Assembly (NCBI GenBank): GCA_963663385.2
Contig: CAXXXD010000002.1
Location: forward strand, 1,056,001 to 1,120,000
Direction: 5' to 3'
Origin: Oceanispirochaeta sp.
Lineage (GTDB): Bacteria; Spirochaetota; Spirochaetia; DSM-2461
Length of the DNA stretch: 64,000 bases
How positions within the stretch are numbered: the stretch's first letter is position 1; the number at the start of each line of letters is the position of its first letter. Below the pieces are notes generated by a model. That model was not told the origin of the DNA. It searched no databases and was given only the letters and a program-made list of their open reading frames with translations. Both the position numbers and the translations under genes were made by a program. Shown here in pieces: positions 38,271-48,091 of the stretch.

Positions 38271-39020
38271 TCAATTATTGCCCAGGTAGTGGCACTTGGT
38301 TTCCATAATAGTCTGTTTTTCTATTTTTATTTCGCGCCAGGCTGTACGGCTGTCTGCAATCGTAAAGTCATCCGCATCCGGATCGAGACACCCCATAGTG
38401 GGAGGGGTAATGTAGACTTTCATATTGGCGTTATCCAGGGATATCATTTTTTCAACATGATAGTGTCCGCAGAAAACGGTCAGATTTTTGCCGGATTTGC
38501 GTATAGTCTCCTGAAACAGGTCCGGTGTTTTATAAGGGTAGTTTTTATCCATGAAAGGAACATCGCACAGACAGGGGGGGTGGTGCATAAACAGGATATT
38601 GTTTTCCGGCTGGGTACAGAGTTCCCGGGTTACCCAATTCTGCTGCTGCAGAGGCATCCTTTCCGAGGAGGAATCGAGGAACAGGAGTGATTCTCCCCTC
38701 ATGGCCACAGCTCCTGTCAGAATTACATGGGGAGCCTGGTCCTTCAGGTTGAAAATCTCCTGCATAAGCGAAGGTTTATCATGATTGCCGGGGGTGATTA
38801 TATAGGGGAGTTCCATGTCATCCAGCTGTTCTTTTATCCAGCTGTAAACTGCCGCTGATTCATCGGGATATGACAGGTCTCCGGTCAGTATAATCCCGTG
38901 CAGGTCCCTATTCTTCAGGGCATTCAGGGTATCAAGGAATTTCTGACGGGTATCCATATCCTTTGCAAAAACCCCTTCCTCTCCAATATGCGTATCTGTT
39001 ATATGAGCGATGTGCAGCAT
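38271..39020 (-). CDS. Metallophosphoesterase, CpdA-like
   Basis: DTH, TGDL, GNHD, HHPP, GHYH. Confidence 0.9.
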   Translation of the reverse strand: MLHIAHITDTHIGEEGVFAKDMDTRQKFLDTLNALKNRDLHGIILTGDLSYPDESAAVYSWIKEQLDDMELPYIITPGNHDKPSLMQEIFNLKDQAPHVILTGAVAMRGESLLFLDSSSERMPLQQQNWVTRELCTQPENNILFMHHPPCLCDVPFMDKNYPYKTPDLFQETIRKSGKNLTVFCGHYHVEKMISLDNANMKVYITPPTMGCLDPDADDFTIADSRTAWREIKIEKQTIMETKCHYLGNN

Positions 39021-39055
39021 GGTGTAATTCTCCCTCTGATTTATAATTTATTTAT

Positions 39056-39739
39056 TCAATCGTCGTCTTCGTCATCCCATTTAACAGGAGGCCGTTTTAT
39101 TCCAAGTCTGCGGAGGCGGCGTTTTTCTTCTTCCTGGCGTTCCATCTCCTCTTTTTTCAGACGTTCCACACGGCGCATCTCTTCCTGCTCCTTGGCCATA
39201 AGCCAGGGAGGGGCGGCTTCCTGATTGGTCTGGGATTTTACCTTGATCTTTCCCGGAAGTTTTGTTTTATTGAGGACAGTTCTGCTGATGGTTTCGGGTT
39301 TGACCCTGGCACCGGTCAGGGACACTTCCGTCATATCGGCCCCTTCCATATCGGCGTTTTCAAGGTTGCACCTTCCCATACGTGCTCTGGTGAAATTGGT
39401 CTTCTTAAGTATGGAATTCTGAAGATCCGCCCCGTTCAGGTTGGCGTTCCGCATATCCGCATGGCTCAGGTTCGCCCCGGTAAGGATGGTGTTTTCCATT
39501 TTGGCAAAACGGAAGTCTGTACCGCTCAGATCGGCATTTGCCAGATTGGCGCCGTTAAGATTAATTTCCTTCAGGTTTTGATCCGAGAGGTTGATCCCTT
39601 TCAGATTGGCACGAAAACGGGGACCGTTCTGGGTATTAAACTTATTCCAAATAAGGATATTATCCTCTTCCAGTGCACGTATCAGTATTTTTAACTGACG
39701 TTCGTTGCCGGTAAAACCGGATTGATCTCCAAGGGTCAT
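39056..39739 (-). CDS. Pentapeptide repeat protein with charged C-terminal tail
   Basis: A(N/D)Lxx repeats; start placed at ATG 39739 with upstream AAGGA. Confidence 0.85.
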   Translation of the reverse strand: MTLGDQSGFTGNERQLKILIRALEEDNILIWNKFNTQNGPRFRANLKGINLSDQNLKEINLNGANLANADLSGTDFRFAKMENTILTGANLSHADMRNANLNGADLQNSILKKTNFTRARMGRCNLENADMEGADMTEVSLTGARVKPETISRTVLNKTKLPGKIKVKSQTNQEAAPPWLMAKEQEEMRRVERLKKEEMERQEEEKRRLRRLGIKRPPVKWDDEDDD

Positions 39740-39913
39740 GAAATTCCTTCTCTCGTTTAAATATATTTGCATCAGATAATAGAGAATTTCCGGCTTAGTT
39801 TCAATCAATACTGCCCCGACAAAGAAATATTTCAGGAATTTGTGGCTTCAGGGCTGGAAAAGTTATTATTTTTTGATGAAAATAATCGTAAATTACTAGG
39901 AAATGAGGTTTAA

Positions 39914-40501
39914 ATGGCAAATATTGGAAACAGCATTACAGCAGAATTTGTTCTGAAACGTCCGGACGGTTCTCTGGTGGACAGTTCCAAACACAGCGGA
40001 AATATTAATTATATCGAAGGCCTGGGTATGGTGGTTCCGGGAATTGAAAAAGCTTTGAAGGACAGAGGCGAAGGAGAGGAGTTTGATCTGACCCTGGATC
40101 CTGCTGATATGTATGGCTCAATAGATGAGTCCAATACCATGGAAGTATCTGCTGCCGATTTTCATGGTAAGGCCGATGAGCTGGAAGCTGGAATGATTAT
40201 TGAAGCTGAAACGGAAAAGGGGCTGCAGATTATGACTGTAAAGTCTATTGACGGGGATAAAGTCATACTGGATGCCAATCATCCCCTGGCAGGTATGGCC
40301 CTTCAGTTTTCCGGTAAGGTTCTGAACTGCCGCCCTGCTACTCAGGAAGAAGTTGACCGTTTAACAAAAAGCAGCTGTGGTTGCGGCTGCGGTGGTCATG
40401 ATCACGATGATGACCATGAGTGCTGCGGTGGTGAAGGGGGCGATGACTGCTGCGGCAGCGGTTCAGACAATAGTGAAGGCTGCGGCTGCGGCGGTCACTA
40501 G
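39914..40501 (+). CDS. slyD: FKBP-type PPIase with Cys/His-rich tail
   Basis: DANHPLAG, RPATQEE, CGCGCGGHDHDDDHECC tail. Confidence 0.92.
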   Translation: MANIGNSITAEFVLKRPDGSLVDSSKHSGNINYIEGLGMVVPGIEKALKDRGEGEEFDLTLDPADMYGSIDESNTMEVSAADFHGKADELEAGMIIEAETEKGLQIMTVKSIDGDKVILDANHPLAGMALQFSGKVLNCRPATQEEVDRLTKSSCGCGCGGHDHDDDHECCGGEGGDDCCGSGSDNSEGCGCGGH

Positions 40502-40630
40502 ACCCCTCTCAATCTCCCCACAGGGGAGAAGCAGTATAGTTTCTTATCTTAAAACTTTAGTCTAACTCTTCGCAGGTGAGAAGCAAGACGATTTTTCCCC
40601 CCTCCTCGAGGAGGGGGCCAGGTGGAGGTC
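40501..40630. repeat. Family A element overlapping stop codons at both ends
   Basis: TAG/GACCCCTCTCAATCTCCCCACAGGGGAGA...CCCCCTCCTCGAGGAGGGGGCCAGGTGGAGGTC/A. Confidence 0.8.
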
Positions 40631-40892
40631 AGGGAGCGCTTTTCCGCTTTGTCAAACCTGACTTTACCGATACCCCCGGGATTTTGCCCAGTTTTCCCGT
40701 CAGTCCTCCCAGTTCATCCGTTCCGGACTGAACAATAAGGGTGATAACGGATATCTGATCGTCCTCCAGATGAGGGAGTCCCATCCGGCCCAGGATTATA
40801 TCACTGTATTCGGATAGGACTTTCTGAACTTCAAGAGCGTAATCCTTTTTTTTCTCAAGGGTTATGCCGACAAATCCATAGCGCTTTTCCAT
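40629..40892 (-). CDS. TM1266-family ACT-like protein
   Basis: VQKVLSEY..IILGRMGLP...LTGKLGKIPGVSVK. Confidence 0.8.
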   Translation of the reverse strand: MEKRYGFVGITLEKKKDYALEVQKVLSEYSDIILGRMGLPHLEDDQISVITLIVQSGTDELGGLTGKLGKIPGVSVKSGLTKRKSAP

Positions 40893-40895
40893 TTC

Positions 40896-42743
40896 TCAGA
40901 TCTCCTCGGGAAGAACTCTCATGGCTCCCTCATCCGCGGATGAAGCAAGCAGCGCATAGGCTTTCAGAGCCTGGGAGACGACCCGGCCCCTACCAACCGG
41001 TTTATAGGCGTCCCGGCCCTTTGCTTCCTCTTCTTTTCGCCGTTCCGCCATCTCTTCATCACTGATCATTACATTGATAGAGCGCTCGGGGATGTTGATA
41101 TCGATGGTATCTCCGTCACGGATCAGAGCAATTTCGCCTTTTGAAGCCGCCTCGGGAGAGACATGACCGATAGACAGTCCTGAGGTTCCCCCGGAAAAAC
41201 GGCCGTCTGTGATCAGGGCGCACTCTTTTCCAAGGTGCATGGATTTAATATAGGAGGTAGGGTAGAGCATCTCCTGCATCCCCGGTCCCCCCTTGGGTCC
41301 CTCGTAGCGGATGATTACCACATCCCCCGACTTGATATCTCCGCCCAGAATCGCATCGCAGGCGGCATCCTGTGAGTAGTAGACCCTGGCCGGGCCGGTG
41401 AAGTGGAAGATTGACTCATCCACACCGGCGGTTTTTACGATGCAGCCCTTCCGGGCGATATTGCCGAACAGTACGGCCAGGCCGCCGTCGACGGTGTAGC
41501 AGGAGGCTTTATCCCGGATACAGCCGTCTTTCCGGTCTGTATCCAGCTCTTTGAAGTAATTCTCCTGTCCCCCCATAACAAGGCACTTTTTACCGCCGGG
41601 AGCCGCGCTGAAGAATTTTTTCACGTCCTCCGAAACAGAGGGGGTGGTAATATCATACTGGGCCAGAGCTGTTTTCAGGTCCGAAGCATCCACCCGTTTG
41701 GCATCGCTGCATAGCAGACCGGCCTTGTTCAGTTCGTTCAGGATCCCCAGGATTCCTCCCGCCCGGTGTACATCTTCAATATGGTACTTCTGGGAGTTGG
41801 GGGAGACTTTACAGAGACAGGGCACGTTGCGGGAGAGTTCGTTGATATGGTTCATGGTGAACTCAACCCCTGCCGCCCGGGCTATAGCCAGGATATGGAG
41901 GACCGTATTGGTGGAGCCTCCCATGGCGATATCCAGGGTCATGGCGTTTCTGAAGGCATCCATGGTAGCGATGGAACGGGGCAGTACACTCTCATCCCCA
42001 TTTTCGTAGAATTTATAGGTATTCTCCACAATGATTTTTGCAGCTTTCTTAAAGAGCTCGGGGCGCATCTTATGGGTGGAGAGGAGAGTTCCGTTACCGG
42101 GAAGGCCGAGACCCAGGGCTTCCACCAGACAGTTCATCGAGTTGGCTGTGAACATGCCGGAACAGGACCCGCAGGTGGGACAGGCCACCATCTCCACTTC
42201 GGCGATCTTTTCATCCGGTACACTTTTGTCGGCACTCATAACCATGGCGTCCACCAGGTCGTAACTTCTCTCACCGGCGCTGACCCGTCCGGCTTCCATG
42301 GGGCCGCCGGAAACGAAGATGGCCGGAATGTTCATCCGCATGGCGGCGATCAGCATACCCGGCGTGATTTTATCGCAGTTGCTGATACATATCATGGCGT
42401 CCGCCTTGTGGGCGTTGCACATATACTCAACACTGTCGGCGATAACTTCACGGGAGGGGAGGGAATAGAGCATGCCGTCATGGCCCATGGCGATTCCATC
42501 GTCTATGGCTATAGTGTTGAATTCGGCGGCGAAACAGCCCATCTCTTCGATATAGGATTTAACCTGTTGTCCGATGGAGTGAAGGTGTACATGACCCGGT
42601 ACAAACTGGGTAAAGGAGTTCACGATGGCGATAACCGGTTTATCCATCTGTTCTTCCGTCATGCCGTTGGCCCGCCAGAGGCTTCTGGCCCCTGCCATGC
42701 GCCTGCCGTCTTTTGTAACTGAACTTCTCCATTTTCCTGCCAT
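40896..42743 (-). CDS. ilvD: Dihydroxy-acid dehydratase
   Basis: [42 protein letters not shown]. Confidence 0.97.
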   Translation of the reverse strand: MAGKWRSSVTKDGRRMAGARSLWRANGMTEEQMDKPVIAIVNSFTQFVPGHVHLHSIGQQVKSYIEEMGCFAAEFNTIAIDDGIAMGHDGMLYSLPSREVIADSVEYMCNAHKADAMICISNCDKITPGMLIAAMRMNIPAIFVSGGPMEAGRVSAGERSYDLVDAMVMSADKSVPDEKIAEVEMVACPTCGSCSGMFTANSMNCLVEALGLGLPGNGTLLSTHKMRPELFKKAAKIIVENTYKFYENGDESVLPRSIATMDAFRNAMTLDIAMGGSTNTVLHILAIARAAGVEFTMNHINELSRNVPCLCKVSPNSQKYHIEDVHRAGGILGILNELNKAGLLCSDAKRVDASDLKTALAQYDITTPSVSEDVKKFFSAAPGGKKCLVMGGQENYFKELDTDRKDGCIRDKASCYTVDGGLAVLFGNIARKGCIVKTAGVDESIFHFTGPARVYYSQDAACDAILGGDIKSGDVVIIRYEGPKGGPGMQEMLYPTSYIKSMHLGKECALITDGRFSGGTSGLSIGHVSPEAASKGEIALIRDGDTIDINIPERSINVMISDEEMAERRKEEEAKGRDAYKPVGRGRVVSQALKAYALLASSADEGAMRVLPEEI

Positions 42744-42885
42744 TATTATTATCCTCCGGTATATCTTGTTTATCTATTAATCTTTCTAAGATGAGTTTCC
42801 AGTATAATCTCTTCACCCGAGATTGCAATATATTGTCTTGTGAAATAAAGAGAATATCCCATTGCATTCTGTGCAATGAAGATTC

Positions 42886-43731
42886 CTATATTTTCCCTTT
42901 GGTCAGCAGGTTATCCAGGGCCGAATGACTCCTTTCCAGTCCTTCTGTTACGGATTCGCTCTCTTTAACCCGCTCTGTAACATCTACCAGAGACTTCATT
43001 CCAAAATTCAGAGCTGTACTCTGTTCCTGAATGGATCTGAGTATTTCCGTTACAATTTCCACAGACTGTTCCGCTGCTACAGAATTATCTTTGAATGTCT
43101 CCTGAACCTGTTTCAAGTCCTTGACAAAACCGTTCATGTTTTCCATAAAGCCGCTCATCTGGTCGGTCACACCTGTCAGTATCCTGAAAAAAACATCAAT
43201 ACTGTCTGTAATCTGATCGGCAAACTCATGGGTCTGGGAGGCCAGATTCCTGACTTCTCCTGCAATAATCCGAAATCCTCTGCCTGCCTCACCCGCTCTC
43301 GCCGCTTCAATGGAAGCGTTTATGGCAAGGATATTTGTGGTATCCGCCACATTCTGAATTTCATGGGACATATCCTGTATGTGGGAGGAGCGCTGGTTCA
43401 GTTCTGTAAACCGTTTCTGGATATCTTTTCCTTTTTCGGCTGTTTCATCCAGGCGGGCAAAACTGGTATCCACTTTACTGCTTATCTGTGTATTCCGTTC
43501 CAGCAGCTGGTCCATGGCTCTGTCAATATTCCGTGAGTGGGAGGCCGAACTGGCCGATGAGGAACGTATTTCCTCAAAGGCCGTAAGAACATCTTCAAGG
43601 GACGCTGAAATATCATGCATATTTTCATGGATGATATGCATGGCCTTTCCAGATATAGTATTGAGAACCTGCCCTTTATTATACCCTATAACAAAGCGGT
43701 CCAGCAGGTTTTTCATTTCTTTCTGATCCAT
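42886..43731 (-). CDS. Soluble methyl-accepting chemotaxis protein
   Basis: [20 protein letters not shown]; no TM segment. Confidence 0.88.
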   Translation of the reverse strand: MDQKEMKNLLDRFVIGYNKGQVLNTISGKAMHIIHENMHDISASLEDVLTAFEEIRSSSASSASHSRNIDRAMDQLLERNTQISSKVDTSFARLDETAEKGKDIQKRFTELNQRSSHIQDMSHEIQNVADTTNILAINASIEAARAGEAGRGFRIIAGEVRNLASQTHEFADQITDSIDVFFRILTGVTDQMSGFMENMNGFVKDLKQVQETFKDNSVAAEQSVEIVTEILRSIQEQSTALNFGMKSLVDVTERVKESESVTEGLERSHSALDNLLTKGKI

Positions 43732-43734
43732 TCC

Positions 43735-44508
43735 CTACACCTCACCATAGAGGGTATCCAGAAGATCAATGCCGCAGTCAAGGTTGGCAATCCAGTCCAG
43801 AAAACGGTTCATCTCCTTATCCTTGAATATTTTCCCATGCTGGGGGGCAATCATACCGGGGTTTTGCCGCCTGACCATAGCCGCCCAGCGGGCTGTGACC
43901 TTTTTTGAGGTCATATAACGCGTATGGAAGCCAACCAGGTCGGGCAGATGTCTGTCAAAGTCCTCTACCATAAGGGTGTCAGCGTTATACTGGATATCGG
44001 CTGCCCCGATATCTCCGGAAAAGAGGATCCCCGAAACAGGGTCCATAAGGCAGTAACTTCCCACAGAATGAAGGAAATGGGAGGGGAGGGGCTTCAGGTT
44101 CATTCCTCCCAGAGGGATTACTGCCTGTCTACTCGACAGGGGAATGATTCTGTTACTATCAATCAGCCCGAAGTGCGGCATAAAACGGACCCAGAGTTCT
44201 GAAATATAAATCTTCGCGCTGGTAATACCAAGCCACAGGGCTATGCCGGATGAAACATCAGGATCCTGGTGGGAAAAGAAAATGGCATCAATATGATCAA
44301 GGTTGATAAAACGGCTGGCAACCGAAACAACCCGTGAAAAAAGGTGAAGCCCGCCGGGATCGAGAAGAATTCCCCTGCCCTTATGGATAATAAGGTACTG
44401 GTTGGTCATAATGACTCCCGAATCTTCCTTTTCATCTGCACCCAGCCAGATAAATTTATGATCCTGGTCTTCGTATAGAATCTTTCCGTAAGTACTATTA
44501 CTGCTCAT
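43735..44508 (-). CDS. ODP-type metallo-beta-lactamase-fold di-iron protein
   Basis: SHQDPD, HFLHS, FSGDIG, FHTRYM, APQHG; directly upstream of the soluble MCP. Confidence 0.85.
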   Translation of the reverse strand: MSSNSTYGKILYEDQDHKFIWLGADEKEDSGVIMTNQYLIIHKGRGILLDPGGLHLFSRVVSVASRFINLDHIDAIFFSHQDPDVSSGIALWLGITSAKIYISELWVRFMPHFGLIDSNRIIPLSSRQAVIPLGGMNLKPLPSHFLHSVGSYCLMDPVSGILFSGDIGAADIQYNADTLMVEDFDRHLPDLVGFHTRYMTSKKVTARWAAMVRRQNPGMIAPQHGKIFKDKEMNRFLDWIANLDCGIDLLDTLYGEV

Positions 44509-44638
44509 TCCATTTTTTCCTTATATTCATTCTTTTATTTAATCATTTAATTATTTTAGTCCAAAGAAGCTTTAAGGCAAAGAATAAATGTTAGAATAAT
44601 GCCTATATATGCCGCGGGAGTGAAAAAAAGTTAATCCT

Positions 44639-45322
44639 ATGAAAAAGAATGATTTAATTGCCCTTTCCGAGGTCTCTTTGTTTAATGGCCTTGATATCCT
44701 GGCTCTGGAGCGTTTTTTCCGGAACCGGGAGGAGTATCGGATCAGGCAGTTCCGAAAAGGAGAGTTTCCCGGTTTCCAGGGGGACAGCTATGACAGCCTG
44801 CTCTTTTTATTAAGAGGCAGCGCTGCCGCTTCCATGGCGGCTCCCAACGGGAAAGTTGTCCGTCTGGAAACCCTGCAGGCTCCCTGTGCTGTGGCTACGG
44901 CGATACTGTTCTCCAGTCAGCAGTCCCTTCCGGTTACCCTGGAAGCCCTGGAACCCCTGGATTGCCTCTTTATAAGCAAGGCGACTGTTCTGGAACTGAT
45001 GCATGAATTCCCGGCTCTTCTGGAAGCTTATCTCAAAGATAACGGGGATCGTCTGCTTCTTCTGGCTGAAAAGATACGTCTGTTTCAATTCAAATCCCTG
45101 CGGCAGAAAATAATCAGCCATTTTCTGGTTCAGGCCGACCGGCAGAAGAGCCTTGAAATCAGGCTTGTTTACTCCCGTGAGGATATGGCTCAGCTGATGG
45201 GAGTGGCCCGTCCCTCTCTGTCCCGTGAAATTTCCGCTCTGGTTAAAGAGGGATTGATTACCGTTAAGGGGCGGCAGGTCGTTATTGCCGATAAACAGCT
45301 GCTGATGCAGGCCCTGCGATGA
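44639..45322 (+). CDS. Crp/Fnr-family regulator (HcpR-like)
   Basis: cNMP-binding-like domain, HTH SREDMAQLMGVARPSLSRE; hcp nearby. Confidence 0.85.
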   Translation: MKKNDLIALSEVSLFNGLDILALERFFRNREEYRIRQFRKGEFPGFQGDSYDSLLFLLRGSAAASMAAPNGKVVRLETLQAPCAVATAILFSSQQSLPVTLEALEPLDCLFISKATVLELMHEFPALLEAYLKDNGDRLLLLAEKIRLFQFKSLRQKIISHFLVQADRQKSLEIRLVYSREDMAQLMGVARPSLSREISALVKEGLITVKGRQVVIADKQLLMQALR

Positions 45323-45336
45323 CCGCGTACCTCCTC

Positions 45337-45414
45337 GACCCCTCTCACTCTCCCCGAAGGGGAGATGCAATTGGAAGGTCGCACCCCTCCCTCCGGAGGG
45401 GGCTGGGGGAGGTC
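45337..45414. repeat. Family A element
   Basis: GACCCCTCTCACTCTCCCCGAAGGGGAGA...CCCCTCCCTCCGGAGGGGGCTGGGGGAGGTC; ends at a TAG stop. Confidence 0.85.
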
Positions 45415-46391
45415 TACAGCTGAATTCTCAGGTTGGTTGTCATACCCAGGGTCTGGTTGGTAATACCGTAGTTCAGACCGAAGTCAATTTTAAACAGGGG
45501 CAGGTTCAGTCCGGCTCCGCCGAAGAGACGAAGGGCTCCGCCGTTGACATCGGATGAGATAATGACACCTTCATCATCAATTTCAATTCCGGTAGCCGCT
45601 TCAAGCGCCGCGATATCCGTTGCGCTTATTTCGTTGCCGTCCAGAGAGACTGTTCCGTTTGTAATACCGCCGCCGGCTGTTGATACACCGTAGGAGTAAC
45701 CCATTCCGGCGGAAAGGTTGAGTAACAGGAGTTTCTTGCTGACCTGAGCCTTGAAATCAAAAATATTGACACCCCAGTCGAAGATCATATCCGTATCTTC
45801 AATGGCCAGTTCATTCCCGATCACTCCGTTGCTGACATCGGAGATATCCACTTCCTGATCCCCAACGGGAACAACCACTTCGCCCTTCAGGTAGGTATAA
45901 CCCACACCGACCGACAGTTCGGGCAGAACAGGATTTCCCTTCAGTACAGCGTATCGGACATCTCCGCCCAGCATAAGATAGTTCAGGGAGTAGTCTATAT
46001 CCATCAGATCCCTGGTATCCAGAACCCCGATTTTAAAACCCGCATCCATGGGAAGGATGGGGATTCCAACACGGGCATCCAGACTGTACATGGGAAGGGG
46101 AACGCCCAGACTGGAAAGGTCCGTCAGTGTGTCATCTCCGATCAGATCGGAAATATCTTCAAAAGCTGTGGAAGGTATAAATACGGCACCCATGGTAAGG
46201 CCTACTCCGAATCGGGGGAAAATCCCCGTATAGGCATCATTCCAGTTCAGTCCCATTCCGGCCATCAGGGGCAGTGTGCCTGCCACTTCATCGGCGAAAG
46301 ATTCAAATCCGTCCTCCACACCTTCCAGATCATACGCCGTTACGGAAAAAGACATTATTAATAGCAGAAATAGTATTGCTGTTTTCTTCAT
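45414..46391 (-). CDS. Putative outer-membrane beta-barrel protein
   Basis: Signal peptide, Gly/aromatic alternating strands; its RBS is the IS insertion site. Confidence 0.7.
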   Translation of the reverse strand: MKKTAILFLLLIMSFSVTAYDLEGVEDGFESFADEVAGTLPLMAGMGLNWNDAYTGIFPRFGVGLTMGAVFIPSTAFEDISDLIGDDTLTDLSSLGVPLPMYSLDARVGIPILPMDAGFKIGVLDTRDLMDIDYSLNYLMLGGDVRYAVLKGNPVLPELSVGVGYTYLKGEVVVPVGDQEVDISDVSNGVIGNELAIEDTDMIFDWGVNIFDFKAQVSKKLLLLNLSAGMGYSYGVSTAGGGITNGTVSLDGNEISATDIAALEAATGIEIDDEGVIISSDVNGGALRLFGGAGLNLPLFKIDFGLNYGITNQTLGMTTNLRIQL

Positions 46392-46450
46392 TTTTCACTC
46401 CTATAAAAAGTCAATCATAAGCCTATTAACAAGCTTACAATTGAACCGGA

Positions 46451-47563
46451 TTACCCAGTTTTTACGGCATTGAATGCAGCCGCCTGCATCTTCAAGTACT
46501 TATCATCCGGAACCATCTTCAACGGATCAAAGGGTTCACGGGTTTTCAATATGGAGTACACTACCGTACTCATCTTTCTTGCAGAGGCGATAATACTCGT
46601 GCCGCTGCCCTTGTTCTTCTTCATCGCTCTGTACTTCGTCATGATACGGTAATTGCCAGTCGTTTTCCGAGTTCTAACCATTCCCATAACACACTGAACA
46701 AATGCCGTTCTCAGTTCTACAGCCCCTCTCTTTGTTATATGCCCATGATGAATCGTCTCATTGGAGTTCTGCACCCATGGTACAAGACCGGCATAAGCCG
46801 AATACTTCTTGGCACTGGCGTACCGCTTGATATCATCCGTATAGGCCCTAATAGTCGATGCCGTTATCAATCCGACTCCCGGGATCGTCTGCAATAACTG
46901 TACATCCTCATCTTCCTTTACAAGTTCCAGCAGGACTTTCTCTAACTGCTTGACCTGGTTCGAAACCTGATCTATCGTAGAAAGCAGCGGTTCTATCGCT
47001 TTGGCAGCGCTTCCGAAACTCCTATGGTCCACGAGACCGATGAGGATGCGCTGCCTTTCTTTTTTACTCTGCAGCGCAGCTCTTTTTGTTTCAATTCCAT
47101 ACCCTAGAAGCAGTCCGTGAACCTGATTCTTCAAAGATACGACTGATTTAACAAGGATAGTTCTGGATTTAAGAACTCTACGGATATCCTCACTCTCCTG
47201 AGAACAAAGCTGTGATTCGGGAAGCATATCTTTTTCCAAGAACTCTGCTAGAGTTCTGGCATCATGCTTATCCGTCTTTTTCACTGATTCATTTACAACT
47301 TTGAATTTCAGTGTATTCACAACCACCACCTCAATCCCTGCTAGCAATAGCTTGTTACGGAAGAACCGGGCATTTCCTGTTGATTCCACTGCAGCCCTAA
47401 CATCAAGGCCCTCTTCTGTATAGGACACTGCTTTCTCAAGAAATGCTCTGTAACCGTCCTCAGAGGTCGGATACATTCCTGATTCACAAATGCTTCTATC
47501 ATCACTCAGGAAACAGACTGTTAACTGGGATTTGTGCAGATCCACTCCGATACTCATCTTCAT
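46451..47563 (-). CDS. IS110-family DEDD recombinase/transposase
   Basis: GVDLHK, AVESTG, KTDKHDA, TIPGVG, AGLVPWVQNS; start MKMSIG at 47563 (or 47557). Confidence 0.93.
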   Translation of the reverse strand: MKMSIGVDLHKSQLTVCFLSDDRSICESGMYPTSEDGYRAFLEKAVSYTEEGLDVRAAVESTGNARFFRNKLLLAGIEVVVVNTLKFKVVNESVKKTDKHDARTLAEFLEKDMLPESQLCSQESEDIRRVLKSRTILVKSVVSLKNQVHGLLLGYGIETKRAALQSKKERQRILIGLVDHRSFGSAAKAIEPLLSTIDQVSNQVKQLEKVLLELVKEDEDVQLLQTIPGVGLITASTIRAYTDDIKRYASAKKYSAYAGLVPWVQNSNETIHHGHITKRGAVELRTAFVQCVMGMVRTRKTTGNYRIMTKYRAMKKNKGSGTSIIASARKMSTVVYSILKTREPFDPLKMVPDDKYLKMQAAAFNAVKTG

Positions 47564-47574
47564 ACCTTCGCTCC

Positions 47575-47755
47575 TATTGCCTAAAACAGCGCCTGTACGG
47601 TGAATTGATTCCATTCTCCTATCCGGTCTCGAAGACCATTGAATGTTTCGGTCACGGCTCTTCATTCTCCTGTACGGTCTCGGAGACCAGTAAAAATGGC
47701 GAACAGTAACCTGGCTGTTCTAAACGATGTTTAGAACATTGTATCAATCCACAAG
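47575..47755 (-). ncRNA. Candidate bridge RNA (boundaries approximate)
   Basis: 5' hairpin 47716-47738, then two 51-nt-period units with a GGTCT-NNN-AGACC hairpin flanked by segments matching target and element end. Confidence 0.7.
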
Positions 47756-48033
47756 CCTATGAAGACTTTTTATCATTCCTCCTGTAAGCATAAAATTTAT
47801 GCTACTACAAAATTCTACTGTTTTTTTCGGGAAAATTCACGTTTTTTATTCGGAATGAGGGTAAATCCCCTCAATAGGAATTATGCTGCAGAAAGCGGCG
47901 GCTGTGCCGAACAAAAGTCCTGGACCAATTGGTCCGGGATTCTTACTGGTTTGCTTCAAAAAAACGGCTGTTATTCCCAATCATTCCGCAGGATTATAGA
48001 TAATGATAGAAAAAATGCAAAGATGCCGGTGTT

Positions 48034-48062
48034 AAAAAAAAACGGCCCCGCAGGGCCGTTTT
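48034..48062 (-). terminator. Intrinsic terminator of hcp
   Basis: AAAACGGCCC-CGCA-GGGCCGTTTT with a long U-tract on the minus strand. Confidence 0.8.
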
Positions 48063-48091
48063 CCTTAAAAAGACTATTTTCACATAGGGAA

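Larger units (their letters stand above)
46398..47783 (-). mobile_element. IS110-family insertion sequence, about 1.38 kb
   Basis: CTCCT at both junctions (46398-46402, 47779-47783); 10-bp subterminal inverted repeats ATAAAAAGTC (46403-46412) / GACTTTTTAT (47764-47773). Confidence 0.9.

Noticed and set aside
41766..42722. Long antisense ORFs (also 11965-12867, 50858-51658, 60784-61764 and others)
   Set aside because: Shadow frames opposite well-supported genes, with no recognisable motifs
42860..42878. CATTGCA-TTCTG-TGCAATG as a third TetR operator
   Set aside because: Spacing differs from the TGCAC-N5-GTGCA sites; it lies just after the MCP stop and may be a terminator stem
47564..47665. 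N-terminal extension of the transposase ORF in the ORF track
   Set aside because: IS110 proteins begin just before the GxD motif; the extension overlaps the structured candidate bridge RNA, and an RBS-like AGGAG lies before 47563
47612..47700. Possible CRISPR or TIGR-type array
   Set aside because: Only two units plus a short partial, no cas or tas gene; the variable parts match the IS target and ends, which fits bridge-RNA loops better
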